DNA of 64,000 bases. Origin: an uncultured Bacteroidaceae bacterium. GTDB lineage: Bacteria > Bacillota > Clostridia > Christensenellales > CAG-917. A program made the position numbers and the translations under genes. Where the stretch lies: positions 13,943 through 77,942 of the forward strand of contig CAZRHE010000004.1 of assembly GCA_964599875.1 (NCBI GenBank). The letters run 5' to 3'. This document shows, piece after piece, positions 1-9,916 of the stretch. The notes under the pieces are model-generated. The model was not told the origin of the DNA. It was given only the letters and a program-made list of their open reading frames with translations, and searched no databases. Numbering within the stretch: the first letter of the stretch is position 1; the number at the start of each line of letters is the position of its first letter.

Positions 1-64
1 AGCGCACCGACGATTAAAAATCACTTCTCATATCGGCCTCTATTGCTGACGGTTGCACCCGAGC

Positions 65-91
65 AAAAAAAGACACGGCGTCGCCGTGTCT
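65..91 (-). terminator. Intrinsic terminator downstream of the DegV gene
   Basis: Inverted repeat AGACACGGCG/CGCCGTGTCT next to an A7 tract (U tract on the minus strand), just past the stop at 97. Confidence 0.8.
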
Positions 92-96
92 AAACT

Positions 97-1026
97 TTAT
101 TTCGTTTTGTTTTTGATATTGCTGATAACATCCTCGACCTCTTCGGTTATGCGTTTGCGACGAGGCTTGCCCATGAAGAATACGACGAGTGCGTTGTAGC
201 CTGCGTTGCCCGAAACGAGGCGGTCTATATATCCGAATTTGATAGGCACGTCACCTGCAAATTCTTTGATTTTTTCGGCAAGCAAATCGGCGTCGGGTTG
301 ATTGCAGGTGTGCTCCACGAGAATGAAATCGTTTGCATCGGGCTCATAGTATTCACGGAAATATTTCACCATATCCGCCATAGCCTTTTTTCTGCCCATA
401 GCCTTGCCGAGCAAACCTACCTTGCCGTTGTTATCCAACTCAAAAACGGGTTTTATCTGCATAATCATACCGAGTAAAGTGGCAATTGTGGAAATACGTC
501 CGCTATGCTTCAAGTTCTTTATGTCGTCTACTATAAAGATATTGTGCGCACGCAACTTGTTTTCTTCAATCCATTCGATGACCTCGTCCATAGACGCGCC
601 CGCGTCTTGCATTTTCTTTGCGTAGTAAACGAGAAGTCCTTCACTGCCCGCGCCCGAAAGCGTATCGACCGCTTCCAGTCTTCTGTCGGGGTACTCCTCG
701 CGAAGTTCCTTTATGACCGCGACCATGCTGTCGTAACTTCCGCTCATACCCGAAGAGAAAGAGATGAAAAGCATATCCATCCCCGATTCGTCAAGTGCTT
801 TTTTGAACATATTGTACGCCGTCACGCGATTGACTTGCGCGGTGTTGACAAGGTGTCCTTCTTTCAGCATTTGATAGTAGTCGGGATAAGAGGGGCACTC
901 CTCTTCAAACTCGTATTGTTTGCCGTTGATGACGAAAGGCATGGGAAGCATTGTCGTCGGATGTTCTTCATAGTAGCCGAAGTAAAGGTCTGCGGCGTTG
1001 TCTGTGACGATGATATAATCGCTCAT
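97..1026 (-). CDS. DegV family fatty-acid-binding protein (FakB-like)
   Basis: IVTDNAADL, TAQVN, SFSSGMSGSY, VDTLSGAGSEG, L..SGRIS and IKPV motifs; start moved to ATG 1026 behind a GGAG RBS. Confidence 0.93.
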   Translation of the reverse strand: MSDYIIVTDNAADLYFGYYEEHPTTMLPMPFVINGKQYEFEEECPSYPDYYQMLKEGHLVNTAQVNRVTAYNMFKKALDESGMDMLFISFSSGMSGSYDSMVAVIKELREEYPDRRLEAVDTLSGAGSEGLLVYYAKKMQDAGASMDEVIEWIEENKLRAHNIFIVDDIKNLKHSGRISTIATLLGMIMQIKPVFELDNNGKVGLLGKAMGRKKAMADMVKYFREYYEPDANDFILVEHTCNQPDADLLAEKIKEFAGDVPIKFGYIDRLVSGNAGYNALVVFFMGKPRRKRITEEVEDVISNIKNKTK

Positions 1027-1142
1027 ATTTCTCCCTTGATGCAAAATTACACGCTTTGTGTGTTTTTGTATATTGTAACACCTCGTCGCGAAATTGTCTA
1101 CACAATATTGATTTTATCCGCTTTTCGGACATTTTGTTAAAA

Positions 1143-1195
1143 TTTCGGATTTCTTTCGGATTTCTCTTGCGCGCGTACGCGCACCCGTTTATAAT
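1143..1195 (+). promoter_or_regulatory. SigA-type promoter of the phosphatase gene, preceded by an 11-bp tandem repeat
   Basis: TTGCGC (1167-1172), 17-bp spacer, TATAAT (1190-1195); TTTCGGATTTC twice at 1143-1164. Confidence 0.6.
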
Positions 1196-1202
1196 ATGGG
1201 AT

Positions 1203-1973
1203 ATGAAAAAAGACAGAATTACGTTAGACAACTTCCGCGATTTCGGAAACCTGACTGCGGGCGACGGAAGAAAATTCAAGGACGGAAAGATTTTCCGCTC
1301 CGCATCCCTGCACGCGAAAACTTCCGCGGACAAATACTTTCTCGACTCCTTAAACTTGGACGCCATATTCGACTTCCGCACGGACACCGAGATAAAAGAA
1401 TCCCCCGACTACGTCCCCGACGGCACGGAGCATATCCCCCTTTCCATTCTCAAACAGGAAATGGGCAACTCTATCGTCTTCACCAAGAAAACGAAACTGG
1501 GGCTTCTCACCGCAACTCCCGAGCAAATGCAAGGGCTGATATCCATCGTCACGGACACCTATCGCGATATGCCGTTTGCAGAGGGCTACAACCGCATATT
1601 CGAGCGCATGGACAAGGGGGAAACAATTCTCTTCCACTGTACCGCGGGCAAGGATAGGACGGGCGTATGTGCGATGATAATCGAACTCGCATTCGGAAGA
1701 AACCTTGAAGATATAAAATGCGAGTATATGCTCTCCAACGACTATCGCGCGGACACGAACAAAAAATTATACAATATTATGAAATTCTTCCACGTGCCAA
1801 AACATTCCTTAGATGCGTGCATGTACGCCCTAACCAACCACGAAGAAAACTTCGACGTTGCGGTGGACGTAATCCTATCCGGATACGGCACCTTTGAAAA
1901 CTATCTTGAAAAGGTCTATTCAATAACTCCCGAAAGAGTGGCGCGCTGGGCTGAATACTATCTCGAAAAATAA
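1203..1973 (+). CDS. Protein-tyrosine phosphatase (Y_phosphatase3/IphP-like)
   Basis: NFRDFG, IFRSASL, DFRTDTE and P-loop HCTAGKDRTG; start at ATG 1203. Confidence 0.92.
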   Translation: MKKDRITLDNFRDFGNLTAGDGRKFKDGKIFRSASLHAKTSADKYFLDSLNLDAIFDFRTDTEIKESPDYVPDGTEHIPLSILKQEMGNSIVFTKKTKLGLLTATPEQMQGLISIVTDTYRDMPFAEGYNRIFERMDKGETILFHCTAGKDRTGVCAMIIELAFGRNLEDIKCEYMLSNDYRADTNKKLYNIMKFFHVPKHSLDACMYALTNHEENFDVAVDVILSGYGTFENYLEKVYSITPERVARWAEYYLEK

Positions 1974-1990
1974 CCATTCGCAAACAAACG

Positions 1991-2023
1991 ATAAATCCCG
2001 ACTGCACGGTCGGGATTTATTTT
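1991..2023 (+). terminator. Intrinsic terminator
   Basis: ATAAATCCCGAC/GTCGGGATTTAT stem followed by Ts. Confidence 0.8.
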
Positions 2024-2077
2024 ATTAGCGGATTATATTTTCAAAGTTATTGCTTACTGCGTGATTCATAGTCGTAT

Positions 2078-2109
2078 AAAAAAGGCACTTCGCGTGAAGT
2101 GCCTTTTTT
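2078..2109. terminator. Bidirectional intrinsic terminator
   Basis: AAAAAAGGCACTTC-GCGT-GAAGTGCCTTTTTT. Confidence 0.85.
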
Positions 2110-2124
2110 GCGAATTACTTTTAA

Positions 2125-4449
2125 TTAGTCAAGGTCTTTCCAAAGGGATTTGTACGCTTTTTCGTGATATTGAATGGTGTCTGCGTATTTGAGTCCCATG
2201 TTGTTCGCCTTTTGATTGTAGCGGTCGGTTTGTTTGCCTTCGAGGAGGTCTTTTTCCACTTGTTCGCCAACGGTCACGTTTTCGTCGTCGGTCGCGCCGT
2301 AGGAGAGGACGTAGTCCGAAGGAAGCACGCCGCTGCCGTCTTCGTTTGCGGTGAGAGTATTGCCCGTGCACGCGTTATATGCCGCCGCATCCCACGCCTT
2401 GTAAGAGCAAACGAGAACGAAGATACCCGCGTATGCGTTGGACGTAGAACCGCTTTCGATGAAGGAATCCGCGAAGCAATAGAAGTTGCCTTCGGTTGCG
2501 GTGCCGTCTATGGAGTACGCGCCTGCGCCTTGTTTGATAAGGCCGCGAGCGAGGTCGGTGAACGCAGAGAGATAACTGCTGTCTTCGCCGTCGGGAGTGA
2601 TGAGATAACCGAGTCCGTTGTTATTGCTGTCCGAAGAGGTCATGCCGCCGTCGTCACCGACGAGATACACCCATGCGGTCGCTACTTTGTTGAGCCAGTA
2701 GATGCCTTGAGAATAGGTGAGTTCGTTTGCGGTCACGAATGCCTTGACGGATTCGAAACTTGCATAGATTTGTTCGACGATGCCGTTTTCGCCGAGTGCG
2801 GGAACGGTTTCGATCATATAAGGCATGGAGGGACATTCACTGACGTTGTAGGTGATGCCGAACTTGCCGTCCGCGTCCTTTCCGAAGGAAAGAATGTTCG
2901 CGTAGTTGTTTCCGCCCTCTTTTTGATACGTCGCGTCGGGAGTCTTACCGCCCTTGCCTGCATCGGAGTAATCGTTGTAGGGGTTTGCAGGGTCGGTCAT
3001 GGGATCGACGATAGTCACGTCGTCGCCGTAATTAACTTCCGCATCGGGGTCGTAAGACGGGTTGGACACGTTCACTTTGATTGCGGAGAGTTTCTTGTCG
3101 CGAAGAGTAAGAATATTCTCGGTGGGCATAGTGCCTTCTTTCACGAGGTTGACGAGATAATCCGTATCTTCTTGGCTGAGTTTGAGAAGGATGTTTTGCA
3201 CGAATCCGTAACCGCTACCGTTTTCGTCCACGGTGACTTTGTGGAAGTAGGTGGTGGAGAGAGATTTCGTGAGTGCATCGCTGTAAGAAGATTCGCTTGC
3301 GCCGAAGGATTCTTCGTTATCTTTGACGAGTTTTGCAAATCTTGCGTTGACTTCTTCCGCGTCCACCGAAACTTCGTTGCCGATATAGCGTTCGAGTTTG
3401 GTGATGAGGATAGTCTTCATCTCGCTGTTGAGATAGTAGTCGTAATCGCGATAGTTGGACGTGATGTTCTTTTTGAGTTCCGCAATACCTCTGTCGACGT
3501 AGGTCGCGAAGTCTTCGTCTGCGATTTCGGTGTCGATATCGAGTTCGATTTCTTTGGATTTAATTTTTGCGACGTAAGACGCGTTTGCATTGAAAGAAGA
3601 ATCGAAGAATCTTTCGCTGACGGTGACGTCGTCGCTATCGGGATCGTAGTCGTCCTCTTCTTCCTCTTCGGGCATAGTCGCTCTTGCGGTGAGAGTTTCC
3701 ACCCATTTTGCATAGAGAGTGACGGATTTATCGATTGCGGTGTTTTCGAAATCGAACTTAACGCCCCAGTCGCCGGAGGTCGTTCCGTTTTGGGTGTACC
3801 AGCCGTAGAACGCGTATCCGCTGTAAGTAGGAGTCGAGGGTTGAGTCGCTTTTTGACCTTTTTGGACGGTCACGGTTTCGACGTCGCTGCCGCCGAGGGA
3901 TTCGAATCTGACTTTGACGGGATCGGTGACTTCGACGGTTTCTTCCTCTTCATCCTCTTCCGCGTTATTGTAACTGTCGTCGAGGACGAGGTCTTCGATG
4001 ATAGAGGCAAGGGACGAATTCATATCCGAGTTGGTTTCGTCGATTGCTTTCGAAATTTCGCTCTTGGTGAGGAGTTGTTCAAGCGTAACGAGTTCGGGAA
4101 CCGAACCTGCGGGAAGTTTGCCCGCCGCAACGTACGCTTTCGTGATTTCGTCCTTTGCAAACAGCACGAGCAATTCGCGTTGAGCGAGGGACTTCACGAT
4201 ATAGTCCGCCGTTTCTTGATAAGTCAAGCCGTAATAATTGACGTAAGTGTACGCATAACTGTTGAAACTTGCCGTCAATTCACCTTTGGTCACCGTCGCG
4301 GTTTGGTTGCCGTAAGTGACGGTGGCTACGATTTGTTTTGCATCTCTTTCGTCGTTTTTCTTGAAAATCTCATCGCAGCCGACGAGCGCGCCGACCGTGA
4401 AGGAAATCGTAAGAACGAGAGCGAGTGCAAGGATTAGTCTTTTTTTCAT
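2125..4449 (-). CDS. Large lipoprotein, divergent PrsA/parvulin-like foldase with an inserted Listeria-Bacteroides (Flg_new/InlB B) repeat
   Basis: Lipobox LVGC; SurA/PrsA-like N-terminus (VATV..TKGEL); repeat VRFESLGGS..QKATQPSTPTYSGYAFYGWY..VTLYAKW; lies directly after mfd. Confidence 0.6.
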   Translation of the reverse strand: MKKRLILALALVLTISFTVGALVGCDEIFKKNDERDAKQIVATVTYGNQTATVTKGELTASFNSYAYTYVNYYGLTYQETADYIVKSLAQRELLVLFAKDEITKAYVAAGKLPAGSVPELVTLEQLLTKSEISKAIDETNSDMNSSLASIIEDLVLDDSYNNAEEDEEEETVEVTDPVKVRFESLGGSDVETVTVQKGQKATQPSTPTYSGYAFYGWYTQNGTTSGDWGVKFDFENTAIDKSVTLYAKWVETLTARATMPEEEEEDDYDPDSDDVTVSERFFDSSFNANASYVAKIKSKEIELDIDTEIADEDFATYVDRGIAELKKNITSNYRDYDYYLNSEMKTILITKLERYIGNEVSVDAEEVNARFAKLVKDNEESFGASESSYSDALTKSLSTTYFHKVTVDENGSGYGFVQNILLKLSQEDTDYLVNLVKEGTMPTENILTLRDKKLSAIKVNVSNPSYDPDAEVNYGDDVTIVDPMTDPANPYNDYSDAGKGGKTPDATYQKEGGNNYANILSFGKDADGKFGITYNVSECPSMPYMIETVPALGENGIVEQIYASFESVKAFVTANELTYSQGIYWLNKVATAWVYLVGDDGGMTSSDSNNNGLGYLITPDGEDSSYLSAFTDLARGLIKQGAGAYSIDGTATEGNFYCFADSFIESGSTSNAYAGIFVLVCSYKAWDAAAYNACTGNTLTANEDGSGVLPSDYVLSYGATDDENVTVGEQVEKDLLEGKQTDRYNQKANNMGLKYADTIQYHEKAYKSLWKDLD

Positions 4450-4553
4450 AATTTATCTCCGTATGCGGATATAATTTTACAATAGTATTGATATTATACA
4501 CGCAAGTGCGCGCATAGGCAAGCGTTTTTTCAAGGTTGCGCCCTTTTTGAGGT

Positions 4554-7500
4554 TTAATCGAGAGCGGACGCAAAGAAATTAAGCATCTTTTCTATCTTCT
4601 CTTCGGGGGATAAACCTTTGATGTCGAACACGAGAGAGGGCGGAATCGTACTCGTCAGCACGACGCTGTCCGCGTGAGTCGCGACCGAGCGCATAAGCCC
4701 CTCGTTTGTGAAAACGTCCGCGTCGAAGAAACTTGCCCCCGCGCCCCTACCGTCGATAACGATTTTGGATACGCCGAAATTCTTCGCCAAATTTTTGAGT
4801 AGGGACACGTTTATGAGATTCATAAGCGGCTTGTCGGGCGCGCCGTAAACGTCCGTGAGTTTCTTCACGAGTGCGTCCCGCGACGAGAAAGATTGCACGC
4901 TTGCGATTTCCTTGTATATGCGCATTTTGTCCCGCCCCGCGACGTAACCTTCTCTGATATAGGCGGAAGCATCCACCTTCATAGTCACGTCCTTGACGTC
5001 CTTATGCGGCACGCCGGTACGCAATTCTTCGATGGTTTCGTTGAGAAGTTCGACGTACATTTCGTAGCCGACCTTTTCGATGTGTCCGTGTTGTTCGGCG
5101 CCTAAAATATTGCCCGCTCCGCGTATACTTAAATCGCTTAAAGCGATTTTAAATCCGCTTCCTATCTCTACGTTGTCGAGAAGCGCTTGCAATCTCTTTT
5201 CGGCAATCTCGGTCAAACTTCCGTCTTCGGGAACGGTGAAATAGGCGTGAGCAAGCGCACCTCGTCTTCCCACTCTTCCGCGAAGTTGATACAGTTGCGA
5301 AAGTCCGAATCTTCCCGCGTTCAAAACTATCAGCGTGTTAGCGTCGGGAAGGTCTATGCCGTTTTCGATGATCGTCGTCGCGATAAGCACGTCATATTGT
5401 TTGTCGTAAAACGCGCTCATTCTCTTTTCGAGTTCGGTCGGATTCATCTGCCCGTGCGCCGTGATTATGCGCACTCCCCCGTCAAGTATTGCGTGAAGTT
5501 TTTGAGAATATACGTCGAGCGCCTCTATATCGTTCAAAAGTATGAGCACTTGTCCGCCCCTTGCACATTCTCTTGCAACGGCGTCTTTGACGAGAGTATC
5601 CGAATACGGCGTGACGTAAGTTTGCACGGGGAGTCTGCCTTTCGGCGCGGTTTCGAGCATGGATATGTCCCTTATTCCCGAAAGCGCCATGTTGAGAGTG
5701 CGCGGAATGGGAGTCGCGGACAAGGTCAAAACGTTTACGCCCGGATAACGCTCTTTGAGTTTTTCCTTGTGATTCACTCCGAATCGTTGCTCCTCGTCCA
5801 AAACGAGAAGACCTAAATCGTTGAATTTTACCTTATTCGAAAGCACCTTATGCGTCGCGATTACGACGTGCAAAGTGCCCTCTTCGAGCCTCTTTAAGAC
5901 TTCGGAATTTTCCTTCCCCGATTGCAATCTCGTGAGGAGGGCGCAATCTATATCGAACTTTTCAAGGCGGGGTTTCAGCGTTTCGTAGTGCTGTCTTGCA
6001 AGGATTGTCGTGGGCGCGAGAAGGACGGCTTGTTTTGCGTCGATTATGGTCTTGAACATTGCGCGGAAAGCGACTTCGGTTTTGCCGAATCCGACGTCCC
6101 CGATGACTATGCGGTCCATAATTTTTCCGCTCTCCATATCCTTCTTTATATCGTCTATCGCTTTGAGTTGGTCGACGGTTTCTTCATACGGGAAATCGTC
6201 CTCGAATTCCTTTTGCCAAACGGTGTCTTCAGAATATTTGTATCCTTGCTTTTTCTCTCTCAAAGCGTAAAGTTCGAGCAAATTGACTGCAAGTTTACGG
6301 ACGGAAGACCGCACCTTTTCTTTCTCTTTTTCGAATTCTTTTCCGCCGAGTTTGTTAAGACGAGGATGCTCTTCGCCGATGAATTTTTGTAGGTTATCGG
6401 TCTGGTCCGCGGCAACGTATAAAGTGTCGCCGTCGCGATATTTGAGCACGATATATTCCTTTTCGAAATCCCCCGTTTTCATAATCGTCGTGCCCTCGCA
6501 TATTCCTATGCCGTGAACACGATGCACTACGTAATCACCCTGTTTCGGTGCGATAAACTGCGTTTTCTGCGAAATTACGCTTTCGCCGTGCTTTTTGCCG
6601 ATACATTCCGAAACGCCGACTACAAGCACTTTCAGGTGCGGATAGCAAAAGCCGCTTTCTATCTTGAGCGGGGTGACGAGGACGCCCTCTCCGTCCTCTC
6701 CCGTAGCGTCGCCGAACTCACTGTAACGGGCAAAAACGTCCCCTTCGTTTAGGCTCCTGACGACGGACTTCGCTTTCTCTTCGCTGCCGCAGCAAAGCAC
6801 GACTTTATATCCGCTCTGTCTGAAACTTTTCAGGTCGTTAAATATGCTTCCCGCATCAAGATAATATTTGCTGACGGGCAAGCATTTAGGCTCTATAAGC
6901 ATAGTCGGTTCGAACAAGGGATTGGACAGAGCGAGAGAAGTGAAACTCACTTTTCTGAGAAGCAAAATCGCGTGCTTGAACTCGTGATAATCATACACCG
7001 CAGTCGAATGTTCGGGAAGGACTTCTCCGCTTTCCGACAGCGCGGCTATTCGTCCGCTGAACTCCTTGCCGAGAACGGCGAGTTTTTCGTTTATCGCTTT
7101 CGGCTCGTCGAAAATCACTACGACTTGTCTGCCCGTCTTCTTCCCCACGTAATTTAGATAATCGAATATGGACGCACTTTCGTCGTCGAAAGGCAACGCC
7201 CACACCGCGGACGGATCGTTTGCGCCTGCGTGCAAAGTATCTATAAAGCGGCTTGCGTTTTCGTTGTCGCGATATGCGGAAAGTTTTTTCTTTATATTTT
7301 CGACTTGATTTTCGTCGAACAAAATTTCTCCCGCGGGTGCGACGAGCAGTCTTTCGACCTCTCCGAGAGAGCGCATTTCTTCCACGTCTATGACCTTGAT
7401 TTCTTCGACGAGTTCATCGAAAAAGTCTATTCTGTACGCCTTGCCGTCGACCGCATATACGTCGAGAATATCCCCTCTCAAAGAAAAATCGCCTATTTCG

Positions 7501-8009
7501 GCTATGGATTCCTGCCTGACATATCCCGAATTTACGAGTTTATCCGCAACCTCTTGAGGGGATACGATATCCTCTTTCGCGATTGAAAACGAATACTTTT
7601 CAAATAGGTCGGGCTTGGGTAATTTTTGAACGAGCGCGTCTGCGGACACCACCAAAGTTTCCACGTCGCCCGACACGAAAGAGGTCAAAGCGATTATGCG
7701 GTCGCGGGATAATTTGTTCCCCATTCCGCCCCTATGGAAAAGGACGTCGTCGCGATGAGGGAAATAAATGGTCGAACCGCTTTCATAAGATTCGATTTTG
7801 CGCCGAATACTGGATGCGGACAATGCGTCCGCGGTGACGTACAATTTGACTGCGGGAATAGCGTAACCGAGATGCGCTTTTGCGCCCTCCGTCAAACGCA
7901 ACACCGAAACGGCGGCAAGCGCGCCGTCTTTAAGGCGTTTGTCACCGAGCCCCGCAAGGGGCGCGAGTTTTCCGCCAAGGTGTGATAAAGTCAAATGTTC
8001 GGGAATCAT
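4554..8009 (-). CDS. mfd: Transcription-repair coupling factor Mfd
   Basis: UvrB-like GDFSLRGDILD, CarD-like GDYVVHRVHGIG, GDVGFGKTEVA, DEEQRFGV, SATPIPRTL, QLRGRVGR and TRCF C-terminus. Confidence 0.97.
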   Translation of the reverse strand: MIPEHLTLSHLGGKLAPLAGLGDKRLKDGALAAVSVLRLTEGAKAHLGYAIPAVKLYVTADALSASSIRRKIESYESGSTIYFPHRDDVLFHRGGMGNKLSRDRIIALTSFVSGDVETLVVSADALVQKLPKPDLFEKYSFSIAKEDIVSPQEVADKLVNSGYVRQESIAEIGDFSLRGDILDVYAVDGKAYRIDFFDELVEEIKVIDVEEMRSLGEVERLLVAPAGEILFDENQVENIKKKLSAYRDNENASRFIDTLHAGANDPSAVWALPFDDESASIFDYLNYVGKKTGRQVVVIFDEPKAINEKLAVLGKEFSGRIAALSESGEVLPEHSTAVYDYHEFKHAILLLRKVSFTSLALSNPLFEPTMLIEPKCLPVSKYYLDAGSIFNDLKSFRQSGYKVVLCCGSEEKAKSVVRSLNEGDVFARYSEFGDATGEDGEGVLVTPLKIESGFCYPHLKVLVVGVSECIGKKHGESVISQKTQFIAPKQGDYVVHRVHGIGICEGTTIMKTGDFEKEYIVLKYRDGDTLYVAADQTDNLQKFIGEEHPRLNKLGGKEFEKEKEKVRSSVRKLAVNLLELYALREKKQGYKYSEDTVWQKEFEDDFPYEETVDQLKAIDDIKKDMESGKIMDRIVIGDVGFGKTEVAFRAMFKTIIDAKQAVLLAPTTILARQHYETLKPRLEKFDIDCALLTRLQSGKENSEVLKRLEEGTLHVVIATHKVLSNKVKFNDLGLLVLDEEQRFGVNHKEKLKERYPGVNVLTLSATPIPRTLNMALSGIRDISMLETAPKGRLPVQTYVTPYSDTLVKDAVARECARGGQVLILLNDIEALDVYSQKLHAILDGGVRIITAHGQMNPTELEKRMSAFYDKQYDVLIATTIIENGIDLPDANTLIVLNAGRFGLSQLYQLRGRVGRRGALAHAYFTVPEDGSLTEIAEKRLQALLDNVEIGSGFKIALSDLSIRGAGNILGAEQHGHIEKVGYEMYVELLNETIEELRTGVPHKDVKDVTMKVDASAYIREGYVAGRDKMRIYKEIASVQSFSSRDALVKKLTDVYGAPDKPLMNLINVSLLKNLAKNFGVSKIVIDGRGAGASFFDADVFTNEGLMRSVATHADSVVLTSTIPPSLVFDIKGLSPEEKIEKMLNFFASALD

Positions 8010-8590
8010 TTTTTTCTATTCAAAACTTCTTCTATACGTTGAACGTCCTTGCCTTCTATAAGGTCGACGACTGCGTCGGCAACAGCGTTTATACCCTCGT
8101 ACAAAGCGGGTTGATCTGCATAATCGACCTTTGAAAGTACGAAATCGATAAGTTCAACGTCCTTTTGTGCAAGTTCGCCGTTCTTTATGCCTATTCTCAT
8201 TCGCTTGAAATCAGTGCGTTCGAGCCTGCCCACTATGTTTCTCATTCCGTTGTGAGTACCCGCACTTCCTTCCTCTCTCATACGGGTTTTCCCCGTGGGC
8301 AAATCCGCGTCGTCGTACACCACGACGAGTTCGTCCTTGACGTCCACCTTATATTTTTTGACGAGAGCATACACCGCGTTTCCCGACAAATTCATAAACG
8401 TATCCGGTTTTGCAAGGACGAATTTCACGCCGTTATGCGTGCCCTCCGCAACGTGCGACTCCGTGCTTTTTTGGTTGACGAATTTTGCGCCGAGTTTCTT
8501 CGCAACGACGTCGAGAGCCATAAACCCTACGTTGTGATAAGTGCTTTTGTACTTCGCTCCGGGATTGCCCAGTCCTACGATAAGATACAT
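8006..8590 (-). CDS. pth: Peptidyl-tRNA hydrolase
   Basis: LIVGLGNPG, HNVGF, KPDTFMNLSG, YDDADL, HNGMRNI. Confidence 0.97.
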   Translation of the reverse strand: MYLIVGLGNPGAKYKSTYHNVGFMALDVVAKKLGAKFVNQKSTESHVAEGTHNGVKFVLAKPDTFMNLSGNAVYALVKKYKVDVKDELVVVYDDADLPTGKTRMREEGSAGTHNGMRNIVGRLERTDFKRMRIGIKNGELAQKDVELIDFVLSKVDYADQPALYEGINAVADAVVDLIEGKDVQRIEEVLNRKK

Positions 8591-8607
8591 ATTTCTCCTT
8601 TTGAAGG

Positions 8608-9597
8608 TTATTCCTTCTTGCGAGTCGTGGCGCGGACGCGCCCTATCGTAAACGTATTTTTATCTATGCTGTCGGTGACGGTAGTCCCCGCGCCGACAAA
8701 CGAATTATCTCCGATTTCAAGGGGTGCGACGAGGTTAACGTTTGCTCCTATAAAACACCCGTCCCCGACCTTCGTCCTATGCTTGTTTTTGCCGTCGTAA
8801 TTGCAAAAGACGGTGCCGCATCCGACGTTCGTCTTTTTGCCGATTTCGGCATCTCCGATATAGGTAAGGTGCGCGGATTTCGTCCCGTCCCCTATAATCG
8901 ACTTTTTGATTTCGACGAAATCTCCTATTCTGCAATCTTCCCCGACCGTTGCGCCGCGAAGTCTTGCAAACGGACCTACGCTCGTGCGTGCGCCCACGCG
9001 CGAATCCACAATATGCGAATAAGCGCAAACCGCGCCCGCGTCTATCCTGCTGTTTTCAACGTAAGACGCCTCGACCGTGCCGTATATCTCGCTATCCCCG
9101 ATTATACGGGAAAACGGCAACACTTTGCTACCCTTATAAAGGGTAACCGTGTCGTCGATAAACACCGTATCCGAGGACGGAATAACGACGCCTGCGTTCA
9201 AGTGTCGCTCGATAATTCGTCCTTTTAGGATATTATACACTATATTATAAGATTTTGCACTATCAAGTTTGCAAAATTCGTCGGAGTGCATTTCCGTATC
9301 CGGAACGGCGTATCCCGAAAGATAAATCCCCTCGAAATTATCCCCGAAAGAAAGCGCCTTTATCCCCTTTCTTTTCATCTTTGCGACGATGCGGTTTAGG
9401 TCCGCAAGGCGCACGAGAGGCATATCCGTATCCAAAACGACGACGGCTTTATCCGACGGAATATCCGACGGGCGGACGTCGGAAAGAAAAACGTGTTCGA
9501 CCGCCGAAAATTCTCTTTCAAGATATTCCGCGGTTTTTCTGCCGAGGATTTTATCCTCGAATTTGCCGTATTTTATTATCACGAAAAAATCAAACAT
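8608..9597 (-). CDS. glmU: GlmU-like protein: intact acetyltransferase beta-helix, degenerate and shortened uridyltransferase domain
   Basis: [39 protein letters not shown] and [11 protein letters not shown] present; no LAAGxGTRM motif; 329 aa; glmU position upstream of pth. Confidence 0.8.
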   Translation of the reverse strand: MFDFFVIIKYGKFEDKILGRKTAEYLEREFSAVEHVFLSDVRPSDIPSDKAVVVLDTDMPLVRLADLNRIVAKMKRKGIKALSFGDNFEGIYLSGYAVPDTEMHSDEFCKLDSAKSYNIVYNILKGRIIERHLNAGVVIPSSDTVFIDDTVTLYKGSKVLPFSRIIGDSEIYGTVEASYVENSRIDAGAVCAYSHIVDSRVGARTSVGPFARLRGATVGEDCRIGDFVEIKKSIIGDGTKSAHLTYIGDAEIGKKTNVGCGTVFCNYDGKNKHRTKVGDGCFIGANVNLVAPLEIGDNSFVGAGTTVTDSIDKNTFTIGRVRATTRKKE

Positions 9598-9734
9598 ATA
9601 TCATCATATTCGCACCACGCGAAAAAGATACGAAAAATCTGTCATAAAACCTTGCGTTTTCGGATTTTAACGTGATAAGTTGTTCTCGTCGCAGGCTGTC
9701 CGTACGGGCGAATAAACCGTAAAGGAGAAAGTCT

Positions 9735-9905
9735 ATGAGCAAAAAGAAAATCGTATGCACTTTGGTATCCGTTTTGCTATCTGTTCTTGCAACCGTTCTG
9801 GGTTGCGTTTTCGGAATCGACGTCGATTTCTCGGACGCTATTCCGTCCGACGACACCGCATACGCCACGGACTTCTTATCCGACGAAGCGCACGGACAGA
9901 ATTGA
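9735..9905 (+). CDS. 56-aa small membrane or secreted peptide (not in the ORF track)
   Basis: AAGGAG RBS; MSKKKIVCTLVSVLLSVLATVLGCVFGIDVDFSDAIPSDDTAYATDFLSDEAHGQN; has its own terminator. Confidence 0.7.
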   Translation: MSKKKIVCTLVSVLLSVLATVLGCVFGIDVDFSDAIPSDDTAYATDFLSDEAHGQN

Positions 9906-9916
9906 CTTTGCGGCAG

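Noticed and set aside
1123-1164. TTTCGGATTTC tandem repeat as a specific operator
   Set aside because: TTCGGATT/AATCCG words are common across the window (for example 9658 and 53190), so two copies are weak evidence; kept only as a note on the promoter feature.
2164-4437. 757-aa ORF antisense to the PrsA-like gene
   Set aside because: Shadow ORF with Val/Phe/Arg-rich mirror composition, bounded by the sense gene.
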